This document shows positions 1 through 9,160 of a DNA stretch of 64,000 nucleotides, piece by piece. The first letter of the stretch is position 1. Each line of letters opens with the position of its first letter. Position numbers and translations under genes: made by a program. This DNA is from a virus (Duplodnaviria; Caudoviricetes), in IMG/VR virus record IMGVR_UViG_3300033463_000045, positions 32,001 to 96,000 of that record; one strand, written 5' to 3'. Under the pieces are notes generated by a model. That model was not told where the DNA came from, did no database searches, and was given only the letters and a program-made list of their open reading frames with translations.

Positions 1-1
1 A

Positions 2-466
2 AGTAAATTAGTTATAGATGTTAATTTTGCTCAAATTAATTCTGAACAAGACCAAGAAAGAATTGAATATGAACAAACTAAACAAGAAGCATTAGATAGA
101 GCAATTACTTCATTAAATAATTTAGGTATTTCATTTGATGAAGGTGGCTATACTGAAACAAGAGAATTATTAATTAAGAGATACTTAGACCAAGAAATCT
201 TAGATGCTATTAAAAATGATGAAGAAAATATGGATACCGGAAAATCTGATGATTCTAATGGTGAAGGTAAAGACCACGAATCATTACCTAGTGGAAGTTT
301 AGCTTATTCTGGTGGAGGACCTAATATAGATATTAATATGGGAGAAGAAGAACCAACTGAAGAAGGTCCTGAAGAAAATACTGGAGAAGAAAATACTACT
401 GAAGATGAACCTATAGATTTAGATAGTCTTGGTAATGAGCCTCCTGAAGCTAATGAAGAATTATAA
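2..466 (+). CDS. Partial CDS (5' end outside window) with acidic C-terminal tail; possibly portal or other head protein
   Basis: Frame is open from position 2 (SKLVIDVNFAQINSEQDQER...) to TAA at 464-466, so the 230..466 ORF is only its E/D-rich tail. Portal is a guess. Confidence 0.5.
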   Translation, partial: SKLVIDVNFAQINSEQDQERIEYEQTKQEALDRAITSLNNLGISFDEGGYTETRELLIKRYLDQEILDAIKNDEENMDTGKSDDSNGEGKDHESLPSGSLAYSGGGPNIDINMGEEEPTEEGPEENTGEENTTEDEPIDLDSLGNEPPEANEEL

Positions 467-470
467 AACA

Positions 471-507
471 AATAAAAAATACTAACAATTAAGTTAGTAT
501 TTTTATT
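471..507 (+). terminator. Intrinsic terminator, probably bidirectional
   Basis: AATAAAAAATACTAAC-aattaa-GTTAGTATTTTTATT. Confidence 0.75.
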
Positions 508-756
508 TTGTAACAAGTCAATAAGTGGACTACTATTCGGAAATTCGGAATTAACACAAAAACAATAGAAAATTAATATGACATGCTACAAGAGTTGATA
601 ATTCTTACTATACGTGCGGAATAAAAATTATCATTAAGTTTAGACAGGTGTGATATATAAATAAAGACGAAAGCTTTAAATTTAAATATATATCACAATA
701 ATAATATAACATAATTTTTAAAAAATGTAAATATTTTTTAAACGTTTTGGAATTTT

Positions 757-771
757 TTCATATTATATAAT
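757..771 (+). promoter_or_regulatory. Class-1 phage upstream motif (TTCATATTATATAAT variant)
   Basis: Recurrent motif directly before SD AAGGAG. Confidence 0.7.
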
Positions 772-787
772 AGAAGGAGAAATAGAT

Positions 788-2023
788 ATGACAGAAGTAT
801 TAAATAATTATAATACTTTAGGTAATGTAATTTTACTTAAAAATAAAATATCTGAACCATTTATAAAAATAGATAAGAAAATAATGAAATCTTTATCTAA
901 AACAAGATATGGTAGAGATGCAATATTAGTAATATCAGGTATTTTTGATTATTGTAGAAATCCAAAACATAAAAGCGATTCTAAAGCGTGGAATAAAAAA
1001 AGAGTTATGTCTTATTTTAAAGATATGCATATAACAGAATATGCTGTTAATAAAATATTTGCTGAATTAGAAAATGCTGGTTATTTACAATATAAAAAAA
1101 TCTATCCACAAGAAGGATGCAATAGAATAAGACACCAATATATATTTTTCGAAAGTGTTAATTTAAATCCTGATTATAATAGTAAAACTGAAAATCTATT
1201 AAATGATTTAGAAACATCTTTAAAAGATTCAAAACCTATTAAAAAAGAAGAAAAGAAAGAAAAGAATAAAAAGAAGAAAGATAAAGATATTAATTTAAAT
1301 TATTTAGAAAGAATAGAATATAATCATAATAAACATTCAGCAATTAATTTAGCTAAAAAGATATATGATAAATCTATTTTTAATATTTTAAATACTGATA
1401 ATATTTTATTTAAGATTAATTCAGAAAGTAGTTTAGTATTAGATTATAAAAACGTTATTTCAGATATTGATATGGAATCATTATATAAAATAGATAATGA
1501 AGAATTAGCTAAAATTGGTTTTAATATTATATTAAAAGGAATAATGAAATATAAAAATTCTGATATAGAAAATAATTTAAAACATTCAGAAAATCTAATA
1601 AATAAATTTAATGAATATGAATCTAGCAAATTAACTATCGATGCATTATTAAGATTTAGAAATTATAATAGATTATTTACAAAAGATTTAAATAAAAATT
1701 TAAATGATAATACATTTATAAATATTAAAAATATAAAATTAATTTACCCAGATACTAAAGAAGATGATTATTTATATATTTTAGATAATACTATTGAAAA
1801 TGAAATAACACAAAATATGTTAAAGAATTTATACTTCTTAAATTTCTGTTATATAATAGGTTCATATTTATATTATTCAAATAATATTATTAATAAAGAT
1901 AAAAAGTTAACTTATCAAGATATAAATAAATTCGCAAATATATTTGAAAACTATCCTTATTTAATTTATTTACCAATAGATGATATATCTATGAATTTAT
2001 TAGATGAATTATATAATAATTAA
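788..2023 (+). CDS. Winged-HTH protein, replication-initiator-like
   Basis: N-terminal wHTH-like segment (ITEYAVNKIFAELENAGYLQYKK), then a Lys-rich linker; flanked by AT-rich non-coding DNA containing palindromes. Confidence 0.45.
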   Translation: MTEVLNNYNTLGNVILLKNKISEPFIKIDKKIMKSLSKTRYGRDAILVISGIFDYCRNPKHKSDSKAWNKKRVMSYFKDMHITEYAVNKIFAELENAGYLQYKKIYPQEGCNRIRHQYIFFESVNLNPDYNSKTENLLNDLETSLKDSKPIKKEEKKEKNKKKKDKDINLNYLERIEYNHNKHSAINLAKKIYDKSIFNILNTDNILFKINSESSLVLDYKNVISDIDMESLYKIDNEELAKIGFNIILKGIMKYKNSDIENNLKHSENLINKFNEYESSKLTIDALLRFRNYNRLFTKDLNKNLNDNTFINIKNIKLIYPDTKEDDYLYILDNTIENEITQNMLKNLYFLNFCYIIGSYLYYSNNIINKDKKLTYQDINKFANIFENYPYLIYLPIDDISMNLLDELYNN

Positions 2024-2322
2024 TTAATTTATATAATTAATAATCTATTTTAAAACTTAATATAAACTATTAGGTTTATTCTTTATGCGAAAATTTAGTA
2101 TATTTCTATTGATTTTTAATAATTTTAATAGAAAAATAGTAATTCTAATTAAATTTTAATAAAAATAAATTTAATTATTAATTTTTTAATTCTCAAGACG
2201 GCTATTTCAAAGTCTTTGAAATGAGGATTAAAATAATAAATTAATAAATCTTTTATAAAGATTTATATAAATAATTAGAATAAGAAATTACTTTTTCTAG
2301 TTCCTTATTTTTTAAAATAAAT

Positions 2323-2337
2323 TTCATAATATATAAT
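2323..2337 (+). promoter_or_regulatory. Class-1 motif TTCATAATATATAAT
   Basis: Exact motif upstream of SD AAGGAGG. Confidence 0.8.
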
Positions 2338-2357
2338 ATAAGGAGGTATTACATTAT

Positions 2358-2624
2358 ATGGAAATACTTAAAATAGTAGGTTATATTTTATTAGGTATAT
2401 TTATATTCTTTATATTAATATCTACAATTTTATCTTTCTTTGGAGAGATAGAAGTATTAAAAGATAGAAAGAATGAAGCTATAAAATATATAGATAAATG
2501 TTTATCTACAGATAATAAATTAGATTTAGATGCAGTATTAATAACAATTAAAAGTATATTAGACCCAGACTTAATAAAGAAGGAAGAAAAGGAATTAAAA
2601 TGTTTAGAAAAAGAAGTCAAATAA
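2358..2624 (+). CDS. Hypothetical membrane protein
   Basis: N-terminal TM helix; SD present; AIKYI motif. Confidence 0.7.
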   Translation: MEILKIVGYILLGIFIFFILISTILSFFGEIEVLKDRKNEAIKYIDKCLSTDNKLDLDAVLITIKSILDPDLIKKEEKELKCLEKEVK

Positions 2625-2815
2625 TGCGAGATTTAAGTAAAAGAAATTTTGAATTAAATTATGAGAATAAATGTTTAAAGAAAAGAATTAAGAAAGTATT
2701 AAAATATATAAGATTAAATAATTATATAGATTTAAATGGTTATGATATAGAAAAAATATTATATTGTAAGAAAATAAAAGAATTAGAAGGAGAATTTAAA
2801 GATGAAGAAAATTGA
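2600..2815 (+). CDS. Hypothetical protein (true start probably 2624)
   Basis: Coupled ORF (TAATG overlap). Confidence 0.6.
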   Translation: MFRKRSQIMRDLSKRNFELNYENKCLKKRIKKVLKYIRLNNYIDLNGYDIEKILYCKKIKELEGEFKDEEN

Positions 2816-3017
2816 AAAGGACTTTAGAAATGAATTAGAAAAATATATTACTATAGAAGATAAGGTTGATTTTTTAATAAATTCTAAATTCCAATTAGTT
2901 ATGATAGAACATTGGGGAGCAGAAGAAGTAGATAAAAATAATATTATACATAAATTAATTTTAGAATTGAGTGAAGATAATGAAGAAAGTAATAAAGGAT
3001 TGGAAGCAATTAGCTAA
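2802..3017 (+). CDS. Hypothetical protein
   Basis: SD AAGGAG; overlapping gene chain. Confidence 0.65.
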   Translation: MKKIEKDFRNELEKYITIEDKVDFLINSKFQLVMIEHWGAEEVDKNNIIHKLILELSEDNEESNKGLEAIS

Positions 3018-3312
3018 ATTAAAACCTAGTAAAAATTATAGACTAATTATTGGAGATTGTTGTGGTTGGATAGTACCAATTAATGATGAACCTTATCCTC
3101 ATAGAGGAAATTCTGATGAGTTCCAATGTAATTGTAAAATAGATTCTGAAGAATATATAAATTTCTTTGACCATCATATTTATTTATCAACCCATACATT
3201 TTATAAAAATCATTATAAAGAATCAACTAAATTATTAAATAAATATGGTTGGAAAAACATAGAAATAGATAATTGGGATAAGGAGGAAGAAGGATGGAAG
3301 AAAATAAATTAG
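2971..3312 (+). CDS. Hypothetical protein
   Basis: ORF in dense cluster. Confidence 0.65.
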   Translation: MKIMKKVIKDWKQLAKLKPSKNYRLIIGDCCGWIVPINDEPYPHRGNSDEFQCNCKIDSEEYINFFDHHIYLSTHTFYKNHYKESTKLLNKYGWKNIEIDNWDKEEEGWKKIN

Positions 3313-3536
3313 TAGAAGAATTAATAGAAGATAGTATTAGTTGTTTATCTAATATGCCAATAGATGATACTACTTATTCAATAGCAAGAGATATAGTAAT
3401 AAATGAATTAATAAATGCAAGAGAAATAATATCTAAAGCAAATAAATATAATGAACATTTAATTAGAGATGCAAAATATCATTTAAATAAAGGTCATCTA
3501 AGAAAAATGAAAAAGATATTAGGAGGTGAATATTAA
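3294..3536 (+). CDS. Hypothetical protein
   Basis: SD AAGGAGG. Confidence 0.65.
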   Translation: MEENKLVEELIEDSISCLSNMPIDDTTYSIARDIVINELINAREIISKANKYNEHLIRDAKYHLNKGHLRKMKKILGGEY

Positions 3537-3671
3537 TGAAAGATATGTTATTACCATTATCAATATTAATGACTGATTTAGCTGTATTATTTATATTGAT
3601 AAATCAAATATATATTTGTTTAATTATAAATAAATTAACTAAAGATAAAATTAAAGAAAAGGAAGATAAAA

Positions 3672-3902
3672 ATGGAAAAAATAACTAATGAAGATTATAC
3701 TAATGTTTTAGGTTCTTTTATGGAAACATCTTTAGAATGTATAGATAATATAGATAAAGAATTAAAATTAGAAAAAGATAAAAATAATAAAGCAATAGAA
3801 TATATAGAAAGAGATTTAGCTAATATAAATATTCAAGAAAATATAGTAGCAAAAAATGAATTATTACAAATAAAAAGAATACTTAAAGGAGAAGATAAAT
3901 AA
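3672..3902 (+). CDS. Hypothetical protein (AIEYI...ILKGEDK family)
   Basis: SD; shared C-terminal motif. Confidence 0.65.
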   Translation: MEKITNEDYTNVLGSFMETSLECIDNIDKELKLEKDKNNKAIEYIERDLANINIQENIVAKNELLQIKRILKGEDK

Positions 3903-4153
3903 TGAAACGTTTTTTAATATCGTATAGTATAGTAGCTAGTTTATGTTTATTTTGTTTAATTTTAGTAACATTATATCAAATGAATGAGATAAATGATTTA
4001 AATACTAATAAAGATAATACAATTAAATACATAACAGATTATAAATTAAGACAAGATAAAAAATGCGATGAACTTACAAAAGAAGAAATAGAACTTATTA
4101 AAATTATTAAAGGGGAAGATAAAAATGACCGAGGTATCAATAATCAAAAGTAA
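3902..4153 (+). CDS. Hypothetical membrane protein
   Basis: N-terminal TM; IIKGEDK motif. Confidence 0.65.
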   Translation: MKRFLISYSIVASLCLFCLILVTLYQMNEINDLNTNKDNTIKYITDYKLRQDKKCDELTKEEIELIKIIKGEDKNDRGINNQK

Positions 4154-4694
4154 TAAAAGTATAGTAATTACTAAAGATGATATAACATTTACTCAATTTG
4201 GAATTGCTGATGAAATATTAGATTTAATAAATGAGCAAAAAGAAGAAATAGAAAGATTAAATAAAGATAAGGACGATTTACAAAATAGATTTAATTCATT
4301 GATGGAAGCGCATAAGATTTGTGATGAAGAAAATGAAAGATTAAATAATATACTTAATGAATTAGAAGAATGGTTAGAAGAAGAACAAAAGTTATACGGA
4401 ATAAATCAAGAAGGATTTAGTTGGGGAATTGCAGCAGATTGTTTAGATAAATTAAAAGAATTAAAATTAGAAAAAGTTAAAAATAATAAAGAAGATTGGT
4501 TTTTTAATCTTTTAAAAGAAATGGTTAAAAATAATTATACCATTACTGATGCAGGTAAAATAAAAATACTTAGAGAAAAAAGTAGTTTAACAGCATTTAA
4601 TTTTCATATTCAAATTAATAAGTCAGTTTTTGAAGATGTATTATCTGAAGAAGAAAAAGCAATGCTATGGTTAGAAGGTGATGAAAATAAATAG
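4125..4694 (+). CDS. Coiled-coil hypothetical protein
   Basis: EIERLN/ENERLN heptads. Confidence 0.7.
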   Translation: MTEVSIIKSNKSIVITKDDITFTQFGIADEILDLINEQKEEIERLNKDKDDLQNRFNSLMEAHKICDEENERLNNILNELEEWLEEEQKLYGINQEGFSWGIAADCLDKLKELKLEKVKNNKEDWFFNLLKEMVKNNYTITDAGKIKILREKSSLTAFNFHIQINKSVFEDVLSEEEKAMLWLEGDENK

Positions 4695-4911
4695 AAAAAC
4701 ATTAGAAAAGACATTTTATTTAATTGCTAAATATTGGTTAGGAGAATTAGAAGGCTTTATTAAAATTGGAGATAATAAAGAAGAAATAACAAAATTATTT
4801 CAAGATAAGTATATGAGTACTCCAGAACATGATTTTGGAGTTACTGAAGAATCTTATCAATTATTAGAAGTAAATGCAAAAGATATATCGGGAGATGATT
4901 ATAATGACTGA
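4678..4911 (+). CDS. Hypothetical protein
   Basis: ORF in overlapping chain. Confidence 0.6.
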   Translation: MMKINRKTLEKTFYLIAKYWLGELEGFIKIGDNKEEITKLFQDKYMSTPEHDFGVTEESYQLLEVNAKDISGDDYND

Positions 4912-5353
4912 AGAAGAAAGAAATAAATTAAAACCTGAATGGTCTGACTATTCAGAATTAACTCTAAATGGAATTAAAAAGTGGGACCTAATAAAATATA
5001 TTAAAAGATTAGAAGAAATAATTTCAACTTATGACGATTTATTAATTAGAGAATTTAAATTAAAAGAAGAGGCAATTACTTATATAGAAAATCATACTTA
5101 TAATGAAAGAACTAAAAATCATAATTATGATTTAATGAATAGAGAAGTAAAAGAATTATTACATATATTAAAGAATAATGATTTATCTAATATAGCAAAT
5201 AAAGATAGATTAAATTGGAATACATTACAAAAATTCGTTTTAACTCAATATAATTATTTTACTAATTGTGATGATATAAATCAAGATATTATTTCTTGTT
5301 ATAAAATTATTATAGATAAAATGGAAGAATTAGAAAAAAATGATTCAAATTAA
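4874..5353 (+). CDS. Hypothetical protein (start probably 4904)
   Basis: Contains AITYI...LLHILK and ends DKMEELE, like 6033..6302. Confidence 0.65.
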   Translation: MQKIYREMIIMTEEERNKLKPEWSDYSELTLNGIKKWDLIKYIKRLEEIISTYDDLLIREFKLKEEAITYIENHTYNERTKNHNYDLMNREVKELLHILKNNDLSNIANKDRLNWNTLQKFVLTQYNYFTNCDDINQDIISCYKIIIDKMEELEKNDSN

Positions 5354-5711
5354 TAAATATAAGACGAAAAGAAATAAAAAGATTATTCGTCTTTATAAAA
5401 AGATATTAAAAGATAAAAAACTTATGAAAGAGTTTAATGAATGGAGAAAAGATAATATGAAAAAAGTAGATGAAAATGGAAATGTACAACAAGAATATTT
5501 AGATTTTGTGCATAATTTAAAAAGAGAAGATTTAGAAAAATTTTATATAGGAGCTGACCTTCTTATTGAAAGAGTTAAAAAATATCTTAAAAGTAAATTA
5601 GATGAGTGGGAAACTAGTAAAAATGATGATGACTCATATTATAATGAAATACTAGAAGATACTTATATTTTAAATTTACTTAATGGAAAGGAAAATAAAA
5701 ATGAAGATTAA
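5340..5711 (+). CDS. Hypothetical protein
   Basis: ORF in chain. Confidence 0.6.
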   Translation: MIQINKYKTKRNKKIIRLYKKILKDKKLMKEFNEWRKDNMKKVDENGNVQQEYLDFVHNLKREDLEKFYIGADLLIERVKKYLKSKLDEWETSKNDDDSYYNEILEDTYILNLLNGKENKNED

Positions 5712-5898
5712 TATGGAAAAAGTAAATGAGAATAAAGAGGAAATTAAAAAGCAAATTGAGAAAGCAGAAGTAGATATAAAAGAATTATCAGAGACACAAC
5801 CTGAATTAGCTAAACAATTTATGAATGACCTAAATTTATTTAAAGTATTAGTAGGAGAAAAAATAGATGACAACTCTACTGAAGAAGTTTCTTTGTAA
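5683..5898 (+). CDS. Hypothetical protein
   Basis: ORF in chain. Confidence 0.6.
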   Translation: MERKIKMKINMEKVNENKEEIKKQIEKAEVDIKELSETQPELAKQFMNDLNLFKVLVGEKIDDNSTEEVSL

Positions 5899-6052
5899 AA
5901 TAGGTTGGCATTCATTTAAATATGATTTAGTAGAAATTCCAAATGATATTCTTTATACTGGGTATTGCAATAAATATAAATGTAAATGGTGTCATGGAAT
6001 AGGTATGGTAGATTCTCAAGGTAATTTATTTAATGTTAAATATGAAAAATAA
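5867..6052 (+). CDS. Small Cys/His-rich protein
   Basis: LCKIGWH...KCKWC. Confidence 0.6.
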   Translation: MTTLLKKFLCKIGWHSFKYDLVEIPNDILYTGYCNKYKCKWCHGIGMVDSQGNLFNVKYEK

Positions 6053-6302
6053 ATATTTTAAAGTAGATATTGATTCAAGACAAATAATTATAGATAAAAA
6101 TAAAAAATATAATGTTAATATAGATATAATTAATTTAATAATAGATTTGCAAAAGGAATTAAATAAAGTAAATTTAAATTGGGAAGAATTAAAGCAGGTT
6201 ACTAAAAATTATAAATATACTAATACTTGTCATTGTTATAATTGTAATAAAGAATTATGTGATATTTTATTAGATAAAATGGAAGAACTAGAAAGAGATT
6301 AA
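6033..6302 (+). CDS. Hypothetical protein
   Basis: ORF in chain. Confidence 0.6.
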   Translation: MLNMKNKYFKVDIDSRQIIIDKNKKYNVNIDIINLIIDLQKELNKVNLNWEELKQVTKNYKYTNTCHCYNCNKELCDILLDKMEELERD

Positions 6303-6303
6303 A

Positions 6304-6480
6304 ATGTCAGAAGAAATATTTTATGAAGTTCTTATTAGACTTCAACAAGAATTACAATATAGAAAATATACAATTACAGATTTAAAAGAGATAGAAGAAA
6401 TTCTTAAATCTCTTAATTATAAAAATGAAGAAATACAAGTTAAGAAATTAACTTTAAGAAAGGAAAATAAAGATGAGTAA
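6304..6480 (+). CDS. Small hypothetical protein, 58 aa (not in ORF track)
   Basis: ATG 6304 MSEEIFYEVL...KENKDE*; fills the gap between neighbours. Confidence 0.55.
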   Translation: MSEEIFYEVLIRLQQELQYRKYTITDLKEIEEILKSLNYKNEEIQVKKLTLRKENKDE

Positions 6481-7225
6481 AAATGTATTAATAGTTGGTT
6501 ATGGAATAGTAGGTCATAATCTACATAAAGAAATACAAAAGCTTAATCCAGACATTTATGATAAATATAAAGTAGAATTTAATACTGATAGAGATATTAA
6601 ATATAATTTAACATTTATTTGTGTCGATACTCCATTAGAAGATGGAACTTTAAATACATCACAAGTATTAGTTGCAATAAATGAACATGATTCTGATTTA
6701 TATATTATTAAATCAACGTGTCCTATTGGAACATTAGACCAATTAAAAGAAGTAACAGATAAAAGAATTATATTTAGTCCAGAATATTATGGTAATACTC
6801 CACATTGTAATAATTTTGAATTTAACTTTACTATCTTAGGTGGAGATAAACAAGATTGTATTGATGCAATTCAAATATTACAACCTTGTTATGATGCTAG
6901 ACATACATTTAGAATAACTGATGGTAAAACAGCCGAATTAGTTAAATTTATGGAGAATGCATTTTTAGCTACTAAGGTGTCATTCTGTAATCAATTTTAT
7001 GAGATATGTATAAAATATAATCTATCATATGAAGAATTAAGAGAGCTATTTATATTAGACCCCAGAGTGAATCCATCACATACGTTTGTATATAAAGATG
7101 CTCCATATTGGGATTCTCATTGTTTAAATAAAGATGTTCCTGAAATTGCTTATAATGAAGAAGCAGAATTATTACAAGCAATATGCAAATTTAATGATAA
7201 GCAAAAAAGAAATCATAATAAATAA
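6473..7225 (+). CDS. UDP-glucose/GDP-mannose dehydrogenase family protein, short form
   Basis: Rossmann IVGYGIVG, FICVDTP, IKST, FSPEY, AELVKFMENAFLATKVSFCN, catalytic-Cys motif SHCLNKD. Confidence 0.85.
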   Translation: MSKNVLIVGYGIVGHNLHKEIQKLNPDIYDKYKVEFNTDRDIKYNLTFICVDTPLEDGTLNTSQVLVAINEHDSDLYIIKSTCPIGTLDQLKEVTDKRIIFSPEYYGNTPHCNNFEFNFTILGGDKQDCIDAIQILQPCYDARHTFRITDGKTAELVKFMENAFLATKVSFCNQFYEICIKYNLSYEELRELFILDPRVNPSHTFVYKDAPYWDSHCLNKDVPEIAYNEEAELLQAICKFNDKQKRNHNK

Positions 7226-7240
7226 TATAGGAGGTATAAT

Positions 7241-8161
7241 ATGACAGATAAGTTTATAATAGATAATTATCAAATAATAAGACATGGAGAAATAGAATTT
7301 AGACCAGGAATAACTTTAATAACTGGAAGTAGTAATAATGGAAAGTCTAGTATTTTTAAAGCATATAAACAACTTGTTTATAACTTATCTGGAAATACTT
7401 ATATTAATCAATATGCAGATAAATGTAAGTTAACTTTAGAAAATGAAGATTATAAAATAGTTTATAATAAAACTAAAACAAAATCAAGTTATGATATTAC
7501 AACTAAAGAAGGAAATATATCATTTGATAAGTTAGGCGTTAATCAAATTAAAGAAATAAGAGATTTGATACATATAGATAAGGACTTACATTATAATTTT
7601 TGGGAACAACTAGAGAAACCATTTTTAATAAATAAAACTAATAGAGAGCAATTTTTATTATTACAAGAAAGCCCTATTAGTGGAAATTTATTAAATATAC
7701 AAGAAAATATTAAATCAGATATAAAAGCATTAAAAGATGATTTATTAATTAAACAAGGTAGTTTAGAAATAGTTACAGAAAATATTTTAAAAGAAGAAAA
7801 AGTATTAGTTAATAGTGATGATATAAATTCATTAGTTGAAAATGTTGCTAGATTAATAGAAACTTATAATAAGTTAACTAATATAAAAAATAATTTAATA
7901 ACTTTAAATAATATAGATATTGAATTAGAAAAAGTAAATAATATAGTAGATATTAAATTTGATTCTACTATTGAAGAAAGTTATAATGAATATTATAACT
8001 TAAAAGAGAAGATTTCTAAATTTGTTAAATTTAATAAATCAATTGAAGAAGTTAATAATGAATATGATAATATTAATAATAAGTTAAATAATTTATTAAA
8101 TGTTATTAGTTCAAAATTTAGTATCTGTCCTATCTGTGGTCAAGAAATTCATAATATATAA
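7241..8161 (+). CDS. sbcC: SbcC/Rad50-like ATPase, N-terminal half
   Basis: Walker A ITGSSNNGKS, coiled coil, terminal zinc-hook CPICG. Confidence 0.8.
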   Translation: MTDKFIIDNYQIIRHGEIEFRPGITLITGSSNNGKSSIFKAYKQLVYNLSGNTYINQYADKCKLTLENEDYKIVYNKTKTKSSYDITTKEGNISFDKLGVNQIKEIRDLIHIDKDLHYNFWEQLEKPFLINKTNREQFLLLQESPISGNLLNIQENIKSDIKALKDDLLIKQGSLEIVTENILKEEKVLVNSDDINSLVENVARLIETYNKLTNIKNNLITLNNIDIELEKVNNIVDIKFDSTIEESYNEYYNLKEKISKFVKFNKSIEEVNNEYDNINNKLNNLLNVISSKFSICPICGQEIHNI

Positions 8162-8162
8162 T
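8148..8162 (+). promoter_or_regulatory. Class-1 motif overlapping the last codons of the upstream gene
   Basis: TTCATAATATATAAT. Confidence 0.75.
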
Positions 8163-8176
8163 AGGAGGTACTTAAT

Positions 8177-8485
8177 ATGAATATAGAACAAATATTATCA
8201 AATCCTGATTTAATAGATACATTAGATAGTAATACAAAAACACAACTATATTTATCATTAATTAAAACAAAAACAGAATTAAATAATAAATTAAATGAAT
8301 TAAAAGCTAAAAAAGAATTATTAGAAAAGCAAAAAGAAGAATTAACAAATGAATTATATACTGAAAGTAATACTACAAATATGGAAGAATTAACTAAATA
8401 TATAAAAGAAGTAGAAACTAAATTCAATGAAGATTTTAAAAAAGAAGTAATTAATTTAAATAGTATAAAAGAAAAACTAAATTAG
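8177..8485 (+). CDS. Coiled-coil protein between the SbcC halves
   Basis: Heptad pattern; SD AGGAGG. Confidence 0.7.
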   Translation: MNIEQILSNPDLIDTLDSNTKTQLYLSLIKTKTELNNKLNELKAKKELLEKQKEELTNELYTESNTTNMEELTKYIKEVETKFNEDFKKEVINLNSIKEKLN

Positions 8486-8493
8486 GTGATTAT

Positions 8494-9135
8494 ATGAATT
8501 TAAATGAATTAATAAATGAAACTACAAAGATAAAATTAAATTTTGAAAATATCGTAAAAGATTATAATAATAATATTCAAAAGAAAGAAGAACTATTAAA
8601 TAAGATAACTGAGAATACTCAAAATATTGCATTATTAGAAAATACTCAAGAAGTTTTTAAAACATTAGAGAATAAATTAAGTGAAGCAAATATTATACAT
8701 GTAGAACAATTATGTAATCAAGCATTAAAAACAATATTTAATACAGATGAAATAGAATATACAATTAAAATAGAAACATTAATACAAAGAAATAATAATC
8801 AAGTTCAATTCTATTTATATGAAAAAGATTTAGTTAATAATACTGAAGTTAAAACAAGATTAGAAGATAATGGATTTGGAGTGATGTCAACCATTGGACT
8901 TGTACTTCAAATATATTTTATTATTATTCATAAGCAACAACATATATTATTTTTAGATGAATCATTAACTGCTATTTCTGTAGATAAATTAGATAAATTA
9001 AAAATATTTTTAGATGAGATAAGTAATAAATTAGATTTCAAATTTATATTAATAGCACATATGGAAAGTTTATTTAAATTAGCAGATTATAGATATAATG
9101 TAGAAAATGGAAAAATAGAAGAGATAATTTCATAA
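8494..9135 (+). CDS. sbcC: SbcC/Rad50-like ATPase, C-terminal half
   Basis: Coiled coil, signature-like NGFG, Walker B ILFLDE, H-loop IAH. Confidence 0.8.
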   Translation: MNLNELINETTKIKLNFENIVKDYNNNIQKKEELLNKITENTQNIALLENTQEVFKTLENKLSEANIIHVEQLCNQALKTIFNTDEIEYTIKIETLIQRNNNQVQFYLYEKDLVNNTEVKTRLEDNGFGVMSTIGLVLQIYFIIIHKQQHILFLDESLTAISVDKLDKLKIFLDEISNKLDFKFILIAHMESLFKLADYRYNVENGKIEEIIS

Positions 9136-9143
9136 TATATAAT
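9129..9143 (+). promoter_or_regulatory. Class-1 motif overlapping the upstream stop codon
   Basis: TTCATAATATATAAT. Confidence 0.75.
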
Positions 9144-9160
9144 ATAAGGAGTTAATTATT

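Noticed and set aside
3536-3634. Short ORF MKDMLLPLSILMTD... (32 aa)
   Set aside because: It has an SD but is very short and may be a frameshifted remnant; not enough support to call
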